The position numbers and the translations under genes are program-made. Below are positions 1 to 13,727 of a DNA stretch of 64,000 nt, in pieces; the stretch's first letter is position 1; each line of letters begins with the position of its first letter. The DNA comes from Chiloscyllium plagiosum. Lineage: Eukaryota. A model generated the notes under the pieces. It saw nothing but the letters and a program-made list of their open reading frames with translations. It had not been told where the DNA came from and did not search any database. Location of the stretch: NCBI RefSeq assembly GCF_004010195.1, contig NC_057750.1, forward strand, positions 12,313,144-12,377,143, written 5' to 3'.

Positions 1-951
1 GGCAAGCGCACTAAATGCCGCCTTCAAAACTCAGTCTACCTGCGACTCCATTTTCAATAAATTATGAACCTGCACCCCTAGGTCTCTTTGTTCAGCGACA
101 CTTCACAGGTCCTTACCATTAACTGTATAGGTCCTTCCCTGATTTGCCTTTCCAAAATGCAGCACCTCACATTTATCTAAATTAAACTCCATCTACCACT
201 CTTTGGCCCATTGGGCAACTGATCCCATTTTACACTGAGATAAATTTTATCACTGTTCAATACACCACTAATTTTGGTGTCATCTGCAAAATTACTAACC
301 ATACCTCCTATATTCACATACAAATTATATATATAAATGACAAAAAAAACACCAATCCTTCCGGCACACAGCTGGTCACAGGCTTCCAGTCTGAAAAGCA
401 ATCCTCCACCACAATCCTCTGTCTCCTACCTTTGAGCCAATTCAGTATTGAAATGGATAGCTCTCCTTGTATTCCACATGATCTAACCTTGCTAACCAGT
501 CTACCATGTAGAACCTTGTTGAGCATCTTGCTGAAGTCCACATAGACAATATCCACCACTCTGCCTTCATCATAAATCTTCTTTGTCGCTTCTTCAAAAA
601 CTCAATCAAGTTAGTGAGACATGATTTCCCATGTACAAAAACATGTTGGTTATCCCTAATCAATCATTGCCTTTCCAAACACACATAAATCCTGTCCCCC
701 ATAATCCTCTCCAACAACTTGGCCACCACTGACATCAGGCTCACTGGTCTATAGTTCCCTGACTTTTTCTTACCACTTTTCTTAAGTAATAGCACCACAT
801 TAGCCAACCTCCAGTTTTCTGGCACCTTACCCATAGCTATCGATGATACAAATATCTCTGCAAGGGGCCTGGCAATCACTTCCTTAGTTTCCCTCAAAGT
901 TCTCTGGTACACCTGAGGATGTCTTGGGGATTTTTCCACCTTTTTGTTCAT
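1..951 (-). mobile_element. CR1-type LINE ORF2 (RT) fragment, frameshifted
   Basis: Minus ORFs 664..951, 442..663, 314..559 and 177..401 give NYRPVSLMSVVAKLLE, QHVFVHGKSCLTNL, VDIVYVDFSK and SNFADDTK. Confidence 0.9.
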
Positions 952-1054
952 GTCAAGCAGGCTTTTATGTTGAATTGTGTGGTGATAGTTGACATACAGT
1001 GGTTGGGAAGGGAATTCCAGATATTTGATGTAGCATTACATAACGCTTTATGAC

Positions 1055-1400
1055 AACAGAGTGATAAGGTCACTGGACTAGTAAATGAGAGGCCAAGATT
1101 AATGTTGTGGGGACACAATTTAAAATCTCACAATGGTAGCTGATTCCATAAATAAAATTGGGAATTGAAAGCTAGCATCAGTGATGGTGACCATAAAGAT
1201 ATTATTGATTATCATTTAAAAAAACTAACGCCTGAGGAAATCTACATCCTTACCAGGTCTGACCTACTTGCGACTCCACAGCAATGTGGTTGACTCTTAC
1301 CTTCCCTCTAAAAATCGTAACAAGCCACTCAGTTCAAGGGATCGGCAACAAATGCTGGCCTTACCAGTGAAACACACGTCCTGTGAAAGAATATGTTTTT
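1055..1400 (+). mobile_element. tRNA-derived SINE with LINE-type 3' tail (family also at ~2030-2170 -, ~3615-3800 +, ~17720-18090 -, ~38260-38650)
   Basis: Shared blocks gtcactggactagta..., ggaaatct..atccttac, caatgtggttgactct and the tail caacaaatgctggcc recur across the window. Confidence 0.6.
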
Positions 1401-1574
1401 TAAAATGTGGAAGTCAGGATGATTGTGACTTGGAGAGAAAGTTGGAGAAGAATTGTAGGGTTGGGACATGCTATCAAAATACGTTCGAGTTATTGTAGTG
1501 TAAACTGCGGAAGGTGCAATCTGTATTTTCTCTATGCATTAACTCCTTGTTTTATGTTTGGTCCTTTGCACATT

Positions 1575-1678
1575 TCTGGATTAGTGGTGCTGGAAGAGCA
1601 CAGCAGTTCAGGCAGCATCCAAGGAGCTTCGAAATCGGCAAAAGCCCTTCATCAGGAATAAAGGCAGTGAGCCTGGAG
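1575..1678 (-). mobile_element. PLE 3'-end fragment with deleted hammerhead core
   Basis: Reverse complement reads ttattcctgatgaagggcttttgcc-gatttcgaagctccttggatgctgcctgaactgctgtgctcttccagcacc. Same family as 11147-11408 but the GAAAC segment is lost. Confidence 0.75.
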
Positions 1679-3849
1679 TTTTACCTTTGCACATTTGCCT
1701 GCTGCAGCAATAATCATGCTGTTCGGATAACTAGTGCTGCCCTGGAACAATAGAATCTGCATTGGTCTCAGCTAGCAGTTATAGTGAGGTGGATGAGGTA
1801 GTCCACTGTGATAAATGAAAATCAGAGAAAAAAATTATATGCATACCTCTTTTATGATCATCAAAGAGGCCAAAACATAATTGTGACACTCTCAAAGTAC
1901 ACTTGTATTCCTGCCTTTCAATAAACACATAATAAAAGCAGCATTGACTCTCGTTTCCTCATCCACCATGGATAAAGCACAGCTGCAGAATCTTGTTGAA
2001 AAAAGCAACAAGGTTTTCATTTTATTTTTTCAGGGAGCATTGTTTGCCCATCCCTAATTGATCCTGATCTAAGTGGCTTGCTAGGCCATTTCAGAGGGCA
2101 GTTAAAAGTCAGATCTGGAGTCACATGTAAGCCCCAGAATTGGTAAGTGTGGAAGATTCCCTTCCCTACATAAAACGTTACGATACAGATATAACCTTGA
2201 GAAAGATGAAATGAAAACTAATTAATTGAAATGTATATTAAAGTATTAACACACTAATCCTAGTTGCTCTACATGCATTCACTTGCACACATTCACATAC
2301 CCTCTGCATTCACCAAAAGGTGACTGCAATTTTAGGGGGTCAAATCTGAAGCTTAGTTTGTTTGAATGCTGATTTCAGTTGCCTGGTGATTAAATACTTT
2401 CTGGTCTGCTGGTAATTGATTTTTGTTTTCATTATTTGTTATAAAATAAAATTGACATTGTGTTGCTAGGACAACGTTTTTCCGGAAGATCCTGGAGATT
2501 TAGCTGCTTGAGATCTCCTTGATTCCACAGGTAGCCCTCTGAAAGCAGCACTTTTTTTCAAGGAAAGAGACTAAATATTCCTCATGGACAATCATCAGAA
2601 TTGTTCTTTGGACTATTTTCAATGAGCAAGAAACAGTAAACATAGACATGACAGTATCAGTGACATAATATTTTGGTTCATAGCTTGTATTAAATTTTGA
2701 TTGATGTTTGTTTTTAAGTCCAGCATTTCAAAGGAAAATGAATGAAAACAAAAAGGTTTGCTGTGAGTTTAATGAGTTCTTCTCTCTGACTTGTTGCCAG
2801 TATTATTCAGATGGTTGGAGAAATTCCCATTAACCGGAGCTGATGCAGTCTTGACTTTGTTGCTGTCTGAGTTGGAGCTCGGCAATGAGGTTCTGCTATA
2901 TGTGCTCTGTATTTAATCTCATTAGGAATCTGTTCTGTGAATTGCAATAAGGATATCTCACAAACTAATGATAAAATTAGTTTTGTGTTTTTTTAAATTA
3001 GTAGAACACAGCTAATAAAGTATCAGGTTGATCTGAATGAGGAAGATCTTTTGGTTTAACTTAGCTGAGTGCCGTGTATTCACTGGGCTGTTGTATATTT
3101 TGCATAACTGATTTACCTCAAAGAAATCTGGAGATGGAACTGGTTATAAGATCACACCACTTTCAAATATCTTACCAATCACAGGAGTTCTATACCCATG
3201 TTCAGAACTCAGGATTCTCAGGTTTTTTTGGAAACATCTGTTTACTTCAGCATGAATGCTTTATTATTCAAGCACATTGAACATTGAATATCGATAGTCA
3301 TCAGACAAACATTATCAAACACAGGTCCAATTTATCTGTACTGCACTGGGTTCCACAGAAGAGGATTCTAACTTGCTCACAAAAATAGCATGCACTACAG
3401 CAGACTTCAACAGCATCTTCCAAATTTGCGACCACAACCATTTGGAAGGACAAATAACAGCAATATAATGTTGCCCTCCTGACAATCGCTGCAAGTTTCC
3501 TCGTGTGGACCTTTGTTCCTTTTTATTAAAACATTGCTGGGTAAAAATCTTGGAACTCCTTTGCAAATAACATTGCAACCAAATGGACGGTTGCAAAATA
3601 TAGAGAGTTTGTTTTGGAGTGATAATGTCACTGAACTGGTAATCCAGAGGCCAGACTAATGTTCTGACAACATAGGTTCAAACCGCACAATGGATTTAAG
3701 TCCAAGTAATATAAAATCTGCAATGTAAAGCTAGCCTCAGATATGGTAGGGCTGACGACTTTCACCGAATGCTGTAAAATCACATTTGGACATCCATAAT
3801 ATTGACTTTAGACCCCATGAACTCCTATGGCATCAGGTCAAACATAGCA

Positions 3850-5210
3850 ATGAAACCTCATGCTGATTATTGATTGCCCCTCCTCAGCTAATGAGTCAGT
3901 CCTCCTCCATGTTGAACACCACTTGGAGGAAGCACTGAGAGTGGCAAGGATGCAGAATGTATCTGAATGAGGAACCTCTGTGACCATCACCGAGAGGTGT
4001 TCAACTGCATCACTACTGACCAAGCTGGTCAAGTTTTAAATGACATAGTTACTAAACTGAGTCTGCAGCAGGTGGTGAGGGAAAGACGTATTTGACCTCA
4101 TCTTCACTAAAGATGCATCTATCCATGACAATATTTGATAGGAGTGACCACCAGGTGGTCCTTGTGAGACAAAGTCCCTTGAGGACGTCCTTCATTATAT
4201 TGTATGGTACTAAACTGGATAGCCTTCAAACAGATCTAACAACTCAAGACTAGGCTTCCATGAGTCTCTGAATGCCTTCAACAGCAGGTTTGACTTCAAC
4301 AGGTTTGTGGACAGATTATCTCACACCCTCCTCTCACCATCAGCCTAGAGGTTCAACTGTAGTTCATTGACGAGTATAAGGAGGCATGCCAGGAGCAGCA
4401 TCAGACATATATAACAGTTCGATGTCAAATTGGTGAAGTTGCAAAACAGGACCACTTGACGACAAACAAGAAAAGCAGCAGATGATTGAGCTAACTAATC
4501 CCATAAATATGAATTAGATCTAATTTCAGCAGTCTTGCACAACCGATTTTGAATGGACAATTAAACAACTCAATGGAGGATTAAATTCCACAAACAGCCC
4601 CATCCTCAATGTGGGAACCCAGCACATCAGTGGAAAAGATAGGGCTAAAACATTTGCAACAATCTTCAGCCAGAAGTGCACTGGACTATCCATCTCAGAC
4701 TGCTTGAGAGGAAAATCACAGATGCCAGTCTTCACTTAATTTGATACATTCCATGTGATAATAAGAAATGATTGAAGACACTGGATGCTGCAAAGGCTGT
4801 GAGCCATGACGACATTGTGGCAATACTACTGTTGGCTTGTGCTCCAGAATTTGCCATGTTCTTAGCTGACAGGCAGGAGCTGGAAGAACACAGCAAGTCA
4901 GGCAGCTACAAACTGGAATCTACTCAGCAAGAAGTATCCTAGGTTTGTCCATTGTGCATAAATCTAATCCTACAGCAAGTAACTCACCTCCTGACTACCC
5001 AAAGCCTTCCCACCATCTGACACAAGTCAGGAGCATGATTGAATAATCCACACTAAGGTAAAAAACTTAGAACTTCTGTGGGTGTGACTTTATCTAAAAG
5101 ACTACAGCAATTCAAGAAGAATCTCACTGCCAGGTTCTCAAGGGTAATTATGGATGGGCAATAAATGCTGGCCTAGCCGGTGATACTTATGTTCCATGAG
5201 CAAATAAAAT
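3850..5210 (+). mobile_element. Old CR1/L2-clade LINE remnant (EN to 3' tail, internally deleted)
   Basis: Decayed gagtgaccacc (SDH) and RT-region sequence; tail gatgggcaataaatgctggcctagcc shared with the SINE family and with 62360-63695. Confidence 0.55.
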
Positions 5211-8200
5211 AAAATATATTAGAAAGCTGAGCTATAAACTAATGTTTTTATAACTGGCTTTCCAAATTAGATCCCGCGAATCCTGAGGTTATTAGATTTC
5301 TGTCTTACCTTTAGCACTATTTCAGTCTTTGTTGATTTATTAGGACACAATTTTGATGTTGCGTAAAACCCAAAAATGCTCTGCAATAGTAATACTACAG
5401 TTTTCCAGATTTGTGATTTATACTGTTGTATCCACAGACATCGACACTATGCATCATAAAGGCTCAGGAGCGGCAGCATGCACCTTCCATAAGGTGCCCA
5501 GTTATGTCTCCTCCAACAGTACCTTTCCAACCTGCAAGTTTTATCACCTAGGACAAGGGCTGCAGATACATGGGAATACTGCCACCTGCAAATTCCCCTC
5601 CAAGTCACGCACTATCCTGACTTAGAAATACATATAGCTGCTCCTTTACTAGTTTTGGTTCACCCTCTTGGAACTCCCTAACAGCATTGTGAGTGTTCAG
5701 GAAGGTTTCTGTCTTCTCCAAGGCAACTAGGGATATGCAATAGGTACCAGCTGAGCCAGGAATACCTAAATCCCTGGAATGAGTAAAGAAAAATCTCCAT
5801 CTCCAAGTAAACTAATACTGTTTTCCATGGTGGGAACATTCTGCAGTCCAGTGAATATACTGTAGCTTACTGGCACCCAGAGTTAGCTTTGGTTGTCTAT
5901 TCTCTGTATCTTCAAAAACAGCACTTTGCAACACTGAAAGCAGTTTTAAATCTTGTCGTGACAATATCACCGGTACATGTGTGATTAAGGAAACTTACGT
6001 ATAAAATCTTTTGATTCCTTTGTGTAACACATAAGTAGGTGCTTATTTTCTGCAAAGGTAAGATTTAGATGCACAGGAGTAGAACAGGTGTAAAGGATTA
6101 GACTCCAGTTTAGTTTGAGAGTTACAATAACTCCTTACCATTACAGTTTCAACTCCCACCCCCATTTAACTAGTAGAGAAATTTTATGCAAGTGTGTAGA
6201 AGGTATTGGTAGGCTGACATTGCAGGTTCTGTTGGACAAATCTCTTCATATTCCAGATTCTGCCTTTGATCACCAGAGGTCCCTTGTTAAGTTAAGTCAA
6301 TTGGTCTGTTCAAATATCACTGATAAGAAATACTTGAAGCTTGACTTTGGAGAAGAAATAATGGTGAGAGGAACAGAGTCTACTGTTTTTTACACGGAAA
6401 TCAGCAGCAACATTCAGCTACTGTGCATCCGCAGTTGACGGAAGGATTTGCAACTTGAGATACACAACTCCTCTAGAGACTGCCAAACACAATGAGAGGC
6501 TTAGCATCCAAACACATGAAACATGATCAAGTCACTGTACTCAACAGATATATGGGCAATGGACATGCCAGAAAATATTGCGGTTTGTCTGGTCCTGTTT
6601 AAATACCATTAACTGAGTTAAATTATTGCCTCTCTGATACTGCAAATTAACTTTCACAAATGTGGAGGTTCATTTCTTCAGATTTTAACTAGGAGATTTA
6701 ATTAATCTAATTAATTCAAAAGTGCCATTAAAATACTTTTTCCTTGTCACTTTTAAGGTTTTCTCTTAACCCTATATTTCTTTACCTCTTCAATTTGTTT
6801 TCTTTACCCAGTTTGACATTGAATTCATTATCCTGATACTTCATTCTTCAGACTTTGCACTGCTCATTAATGATTTTTCAACTTAATTAGTTGTTGCTTG
6901 TCCTGTCACACATACGGGCTGTACTTTTGGAATTATTGTTGGATAGGAACTTCAGTACAAAAGCCTGGAGAAAGACTTGTAGATAAACAAAAGTGTAAAT
7001 TCATTTACTGCTAAGGGCAAAATGCATCTCTGTGAATGTGTGGAAGAGGTTGGGCTTTAAAAGCTGGTGTATGAGCCTGGCAAAGTAACTCCTTCCTGAT
7101 TTGAATTAAATCATGTAAATGAACATTTATCACTTATAGTCATTATCACATTGTTCTTATATTGTTTTTCTTAATGTTCATGTTGACACTTTCTTCCCCT
7201 ACATTATGGGAATCACAAATATTACCACATTTGGCCAACTTTTCTAGTGCCAGCTATTAAGCTGGAGCTGTTTGCTCCAATCTCACTTTACTGCCCTTCC
7301 TGACTATACTGCCAAATTATTGTTGTGACAATAAAATGATTTTACTTTAGTTGATCTTCCTATGGCAATGAACTAAATAGTGTTAAGAGGAAGCTTATTA
7401 AGTACATAACGAAGAAAGGAGTAGAAGGATATGCTGATTGAGTAATTGGGAAGAGGCTTGTGTGGGGCATATGAACCAGTTGGGATGAATTGTCTCTTTC
7501 GCTACTTTAAAATTCTAATATAAATCCATCAAGCCCTTCTTTCCAGGGATTCAGAGCCCTCTGCAGGCTTTTTTCCATCACTCTCTCAGGTGCAGGTGGA
7601 AAAGGTGCCTGCAGCTTATGATGCTCCACACCATCAGTAACTGTTTACACAAGGAAGTGTGAAGTTAGAACCAAAGTAGAGAAGGATTAAAGATCAGTGA
7701 TAATCATCATTCATCAGAATGGCTGTCATAGCATTGTTGCTTTTTGTAGTAATTATTTGTTCTCCTAATTCAGCTGTCAACAGCAAGCAGTCAGAATCAT
7801 GATAATGCCAAATGAAGCTACAGGTTCCCAATTCAGGACCAAAGCAGACGTAATCTAGAATCAACTCAAACAGATTTTCTTTTTGACCACCATGATATGA
7901 ATATCACAGTTTAAATAAAATGTTCCTGCTAATATTCCATATCTGCTAAGCAGGTTGAGTTAAAACCTAGACTAGAATTTAATTTTATCTAAACTGTGAA
8001 CTGCTGCAACTTAATTATCTCAAAACAGCATGACCTGTGGAAAAATGTTTAGCAATTTATCTTATATTTATTTACATGTATAATTCTTCCTGATCTCCTT
8101 GAGAATATATCACTTGGCTCATTTTCTTTAAATATGTACTCAACATAGTCAGCCTGATGCACCCTCTGATTTGCTCCTGATGGGTGCCAATCTCATGAAT

Positions 8201-8289
8201 CTGGCCTATGACCTCAGATTTGGCCTGTCTTCAAATTTCCAAAAGCTGCTTAAAATCCACCTATGGCCTCGGCCCTCCGTATCTTTGTT

Positions 8290-8520
8290 TACTCCCCCAG
8301 TTCCACATCCTTCTGTTATCACTGCATCTTTCTAATGCTAGTCTATAATTGCTAGTTTCACTGCTCCATCATTGGTGGCTAGGTCTTCAGATATCTAGAC
8401 CTGTGGTATAGAACTCCCTTCCTAAATCTTTTTGTTTCTCTCTCTTCATCTTTTAATGTGTTCCTTAAAACATAATTCTTTGACTGAGCTTCTCTTTACT
8501 GCCCCTTGCACTTTCTTATG
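8290..8520 (+). mobile_element. L2-type LINE 3' end remnant
   Basis: ccatcattggtggctaggtcttcag...gaactcccttcctaaa...ccttaaaacataattctttgac resembles the L2 C-terminal GGRAFS..WNSLP..LKT.LF coding tail. Confidence 0.45.
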
Positions 8521-8689
8521 TGTTTGTATTCCCTCTCCCCGTCTTCTCCATCTGCATCTCCAATAATAATTGCTAACCCAATAGGTCAACCTACCTCTAA
8601 AATAAAAGATAGGAAAGTAGACCAACTACTTTCTAAACTTACTCCTCTATTTAATACAATCAAAACTGATCTCCTTCCTCAACAAGTAA

Positions 8690-9570
8690 GTTTGTAGATG
8701 ACACAAAGGTTGTGGGAACTATGATTAGTGAGAAGGATTGCTAGAGGATACAGCGGTATAAAGATAGGCTGAAGACTTGGGTGGAAAAATGGCAAATGTA
8801 GCTTTATCCATTTTGGAAGATCTAATGCAAGAGAGAAGCATCCAATAAATGGCAGAACTCTTTAGTAGCATCAACGTACAGAAGGCTGTAAACAGTTCTG
8901 TGAAAGTGGCAACACAAATGGATAAGTTGGCCAAGAAGACATATATCATGCTTGCCATCATTGATCAGGACACAAAGTTTAAACATTGGCAAGTCATGTT
9001 GTAGCGGTATAGAAATTTAGTTAGGCCGTATTTGGAATATTGTATATGGATCTGGTCACCACACTACCAGAAGGATATGGAGGCTTTGGAGAGGGTACAA
9101 GAACAGTTTACCAGGATGTTGCCTGGTTTGGAGGGTGTTATCTATTAAGAGAGAGTGGACAAACTTGGTTTGTCTTCAGTTGAACGTTGAAGGGTGAGGG
9201 GCGACCTGTTAAAAGTTTACACAATATTATGAGTGGCATGGATAGAATGGATAGTTGGAGTCTTTTTTCCCAGGCTAGAAACCTCAAGTATGAGGATAAA
9301 GTAAAACAGGGAACGTTTAAAGGAGATGTGAGAGGCAGGTTTTTTACACAGGGAGCAGGAAGTGTTCGGAATATGCCACCAGAGCAATTGGTGGAGGCAA
9401 ATACAATAGTGATATTTAAGAGGCATCTTGACAGATATAAAATAATAGGCTGGGAGTAGAGTGATTTCGACTGCAGAGAGGCAAAATATTTTTGGTTCAG
9501 AAAGGCTTCACATGTTGGTGCGGTCTTGGTGGACTGTACAGCCTGTTCCTGTGCTGTATGGTTCTTTGTT
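8690..9570 (+). mobile_element. CR1-type LINE 3' portion
   Basis: aagtttgtagatgacacaaag (KFxDDTK), LVRPYLEYC-like segment, ORF 9187..9459 (GRFFTQ...FKRHLDRY), tail cctgttcctgtgctgta. Confidence 0.85.
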
Positions 9571-10433
9571 CTTTGCCATATTCCCACATGCTCTCTAATT
9601 TCTTTGTTTTCTGAGAGATCATAAATACATCTTGAAAATATTGAACATTGGAATATCAAGAGACCTTTGCAGTAGAGAATTCCAAAAATTCACAGCCATC
9701 TAAATGAACAAAAGTTATCACTAACACTTGTCCTCAACCTCAGCCTAGCCTTGACCTTGTATCTTTTTCTAGTTTCTCTCCTATCTCCCCACATGGCCCT
9801 TTCCAAGTTCTTGTTGTACATGAAACAAACTTTCTGTTCCTCTGATTCTACTCCCACTACCTGCTGACATCCCCTCCTTGTCCCCATTTTCACTCTTGAC
9901 CCCTCCATACTCGCAAAACTACTGACTCTCTTGCAACTTCACTTTCTGCTCCAAAGTCCCGAAACATGCTGCCTTCCAAATACTTCCCCACTTTTTCTCA
10001 GAACAGTATCCTTGAATCATTTTACTCAGGCTTTCACTTTGCAACTGTCTTAAAACTGCTATCATCAAAGCCACAAATTACTTACTATGGCTGTAACAAA
10101 GGTAAATGAACCCTCCTTGCCCTTCTCAATTTGATGGAACCTCTGATGCCATTGAACAAACCCTTCCCTTATTATGGATCAATGGTGCTGGAAGAGCACA
10201 GCAATTCAGGCAGCATCGAGGAGCTTCAGCAAAATCGACATTTCGGGCAAAAGCCCTTCATCAGGAATAAAGGCAGAGAGCCTGAAGCGTGGAGAGATAA
10301 GCTAGGGGAGGGTGGGGGTGGGGAGAGAGTAGCATAGAGTACAATGGGTGAGTGGGGGAGGAGATGAAGGTGATAGGTCAGGGAGGAGAGGGTGGAGTGG
10401 ATAGGTGGAAAAGGAGCTAGGCAGGTCGGACAA

Positions 10434-11146
10434 NNNNNNNNNNNNNNNNNNNNNNNNNNNNNNNNNNNNNNNNNNNNNNNNNNNNNNNNNNNNNNNNNNN
10501 NNNNNNNNNNNNNNNNNNNNNNNNNNNNNNNNNNNNNNNNNNNNNNNNNNNNNNNNNNNNNNNNNNNNNNNNNNNNNNNNNNNNNNNNNNNNNNNNNNNN
10601 NNNNNNNNNNNNNNNNNNNNNNNNNNNNNNNNNNNNNNNNNNNNNNNNNNNNNNNNNNNNNNNNNNNNNNNNNNNNNNNNNNNNNNNNNNNNNNNNNNNN
10701 NNNNNNNNNNNNNNNNNNNNNNNNNNNNNNNNNNNNNNNNNNNNNNNNNNNNNNNNNNNNNNNNNNNNNNNNNNNNNNNNNNNNNNNNNNNNNNNNNNNN
10801 NNNNNNNNNNNNNNNNNNNNNNNNNNNNNNNNNNNNNNNNNNNNNNNNNNNNNNNNNNNNNNNNNNNNNNNNNNNNNNNNNNNNNNNNNNNNNNNNNNNN
10901 NNNNNNNNNNNNNNNNNNNNNNNNNNNNNNNNNNNNNNNNNNNNNNNNNNNNNNNNNNNNNNNNNNNNNNNNNNNNNNNNNNNNNNNNNNNNNNNNNNNN
11001 NNNNNNNNNNNNNNNNNNNNNNNNNNNNNNNNNNNNNNNNNNNNNNNNNNNNNNNNNNNNNNNNNNNNNNNNNNNNNNNNNNNNNNNNNNNNNNNNNNNN
11101 NNNNNNNNNNNNNNNNNNNNNNNNNNNNNNNNNNNNNNNNNNNNNN
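10434..11146. other. Assembly gap (713 N)
   Basis: Run of n between two inverted near-identical repeat arms. Confidence 1.
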
Positions 11147-11279
11147 ACTCCACCCTCTCCTCCCTGACCTATCACCTTCATCTCCTCCCCACTCACCCAT
11201 TGTACTCTATGCTACTCTCTCCCCACCCCCACCCTCCCCTAGCTTATCTCTCCACGCTTCAGGCTCTCTGCCTTTATTC

Positions 11280-11307
11280 CTGATGAAGGGCTTTTGCCCG
11301 AAACGTC
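11280..11307 (+). ncRNA. Minimal type-I hammerhead ribozyme motif
   Basis: CTGATGA-A-GGGC-TTTT-GCCC-GAAA-CG-TC. The antisense twin at 10237-10264 reads GAAATGTC. Confidence 0.75.
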
Positions 11308-13727
11308 GATTTTGCTGAAGCTCCTCGATGCTGCCTGAATTGCTGTGCTCTTCCAGCACCATTGATCCAGAATCTGGTTTCCAGCATCTGCAGTCATTGT
11401 TTTTACCTTCCCTTATTATGCCTATTTCCATTTTTCTTTAATTTTAAACCTGATCTCCTGATGTTGTCAAAGCAATGGTATTTTCTTTTTGCAAGGGAAT
11501 CCCTCAATCCTACTTCATTGGTCTCGAGCTGCCCTTAAAGAAACATGGAATGCCTTTTGGAATTCTGCATGAGCCGAAATCCCTTCCGCAGAATTGCAGT
11601 GACATTTTCTTGGCAACTTTTTAAGCAGCTTTAGTAGACATTTTGAATATATTCTGCTTCTGTATTAACTCCTGTCAGATCACAGATCCAGGGGACACCA
11701 AAGCTGCTCTCTAAGTAGCTGCCAAACAGCGTGGGCGTGCAGTCTGGTATGATGGGTCATCTTCATCTCCTGCCATCTATGGCCATGCTCCAACAGTATA
11801 CAACCAGCCAGCCATCTCCGAGTGAGATATCAACATATGCTATTTTAAAGCTCATGCTGCATCACAGTGTGCTATTTTGCATATCGGGATCACTTTGGAA
11901 AGACATAGGATAGACACAAGGTCAGAGTCATTCTCGAATAAAGTGGACAGATGTACAAATGGAGGGGGTCAAGTTATGAATCATGGTAATTCAAAAAGCT
12001 ATACGTGCATATTTAAAGCAACTTGAGATTTGAGTTTTCACTTAGTGATTTGCTGTAACTTTGAAAGCTCTCGCTTTCTGCCTCTCTGCTCTCTATCCTT
12101 CCCTTTCTATTTGCCCCTCTTCTCCCGCTGCCCCCCTCTCTGTCCCTCCATTCTAGTGCTCTGTCTGTTCTTTCCTCCCCTCTCCTTGTCTGTCTCCTCT
12201 CCCTGTCTGTTGTTGTTCTATCTCTAAACTCACCCATTGAGATTATAGTGAACTAGCAGGGGATTTTTTTTTAGATTAGATTACTTACAGTGTCATGCTG
12301 AAATTCACCAAAACAAGGTTGTAATATCTAAACGTTACCATTAAAAAAAATCCATATTTCCTCAGCCTGTTAAGTTTTCAAGATTAAATGTTTATGCTGT
12401 CATTCTCTGCGAAATAAGACAATAACCTTGCCTCTATGACAACAGACTCCTTTGAATCCAATCATCAAGTCTGTGCGTGGGCCATGAGTGCGATACACTG
12501 TGTTTTAATAAATGTGTAACTATCATTTAATGATATGAGACAAAATTTGGAATTGGAAACAAACTAATGCCTGATATAAGGCTAGATATAATGGTTGCAT
12601 TGAATGTCTATATATAGGATAGATTGAACAAACCAGGGACTGCAGGTGTGGTAAACTGCTAAACCATCATTTTAAAATGATCCAATTAAAAAGAATATTT
12701 CAAAATTAATTTTGTTTCTTTTTTTTAAGCAACTAATGTTTTATTCTTTTGCTTAAATCTGTTAAAGTTTAATAAACTTTAGGAAAAGTAATAATTGCAT
12801 ATTTGTTCCCCTCATGCAAGTTAAATACTTTCTACCTCAAATCATAGCATCAAGGAATCATATAGCACAGAAACAAATCCTTTGGCCCATTTCGTTTATA
12901 TTGAACGAGAAACACCAAAAGAAACTAATCCAATTTACCTACATGTGGTCCATAGTGCACTTTGCCCTGGCATTTTAAGTGCTTGTCCAGATGCTTCTTA
13001 AATGTTGTGAGAGTATGAGCCTCCACCTCCCTCTCGGGCATGGTGTTCCATATTTCTACAACCCACTTGCTTAAAAAAAACTTTTCCTCAGATCTTCTCT
13101 AAACCACTTACTGTTCACCTTAACTTACGCTCTCTGGTCTAACACACGTCTGCCATGGGGAGAAGATTCCCACAAATCTTTATTTTTTGGGTGATTCTGG
13201 GAATAGTGGGATTTATTTCTATTCCGCTGCCATAGTGAGGTGTGACAACAGACAAAAAAAAGGACATCATTTCCAGATTTGGTCTACCTCAAGGAAGATT
13301 AGATAAACTGAAACTGAGAGGACAATGAAACATGATCCGAACTCTTGTGAGTTTAATTAGTTATATATCGATGGTTCATAACTGATTATCTGTAGCTAAA
13401 GTCCAATTTACTCGTATTGAATAGTTATTCCTTTAAGTACAGAAGCCTGATCCATGCTCTTTTTAATCTGGGACTAAGATGAAAAGTAAATTGGGGGTTT
13501 TTAAAAAATCTTTAACTTTTGTGACAACTTGGCTTGATTTCCAGCTGCTATCCCAGTAAGGCTTAACCTTTATCAGTAGGAACAGCCACAGTGCTATGAG
13601 GAAGGGAGTTCCACACTTTGACCCAGTGACCAGTGAAATAAATCCAAGTTAGGGTGGTGTGGCTTAGAGAGGAACTTGACTTTCCCTTGTATTGGATGTG
13701 ATGGTTACCACTTGCAGATATGTCAAC

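Larger units (their letters stand above)
10177..11408 (+). mobile_element. Young Penelope-like insertion with inverted terminal arms, spanning the gap
   Basis: 10177-~10398 is a near-perfect reverse complement of 11147-11368, followed by a 40-nt tail. Flanks repeat ccttcccttattatg (10162-10176 and 11406-11420). Same terminus as the GIY-YIG-bearing copy at 44177-45113. Confidence 0.88.

Noticed and set aside
10226..11318. Long ORFs of 259-324 aa
   Set aside because: Artefacts of translating through the N gap.
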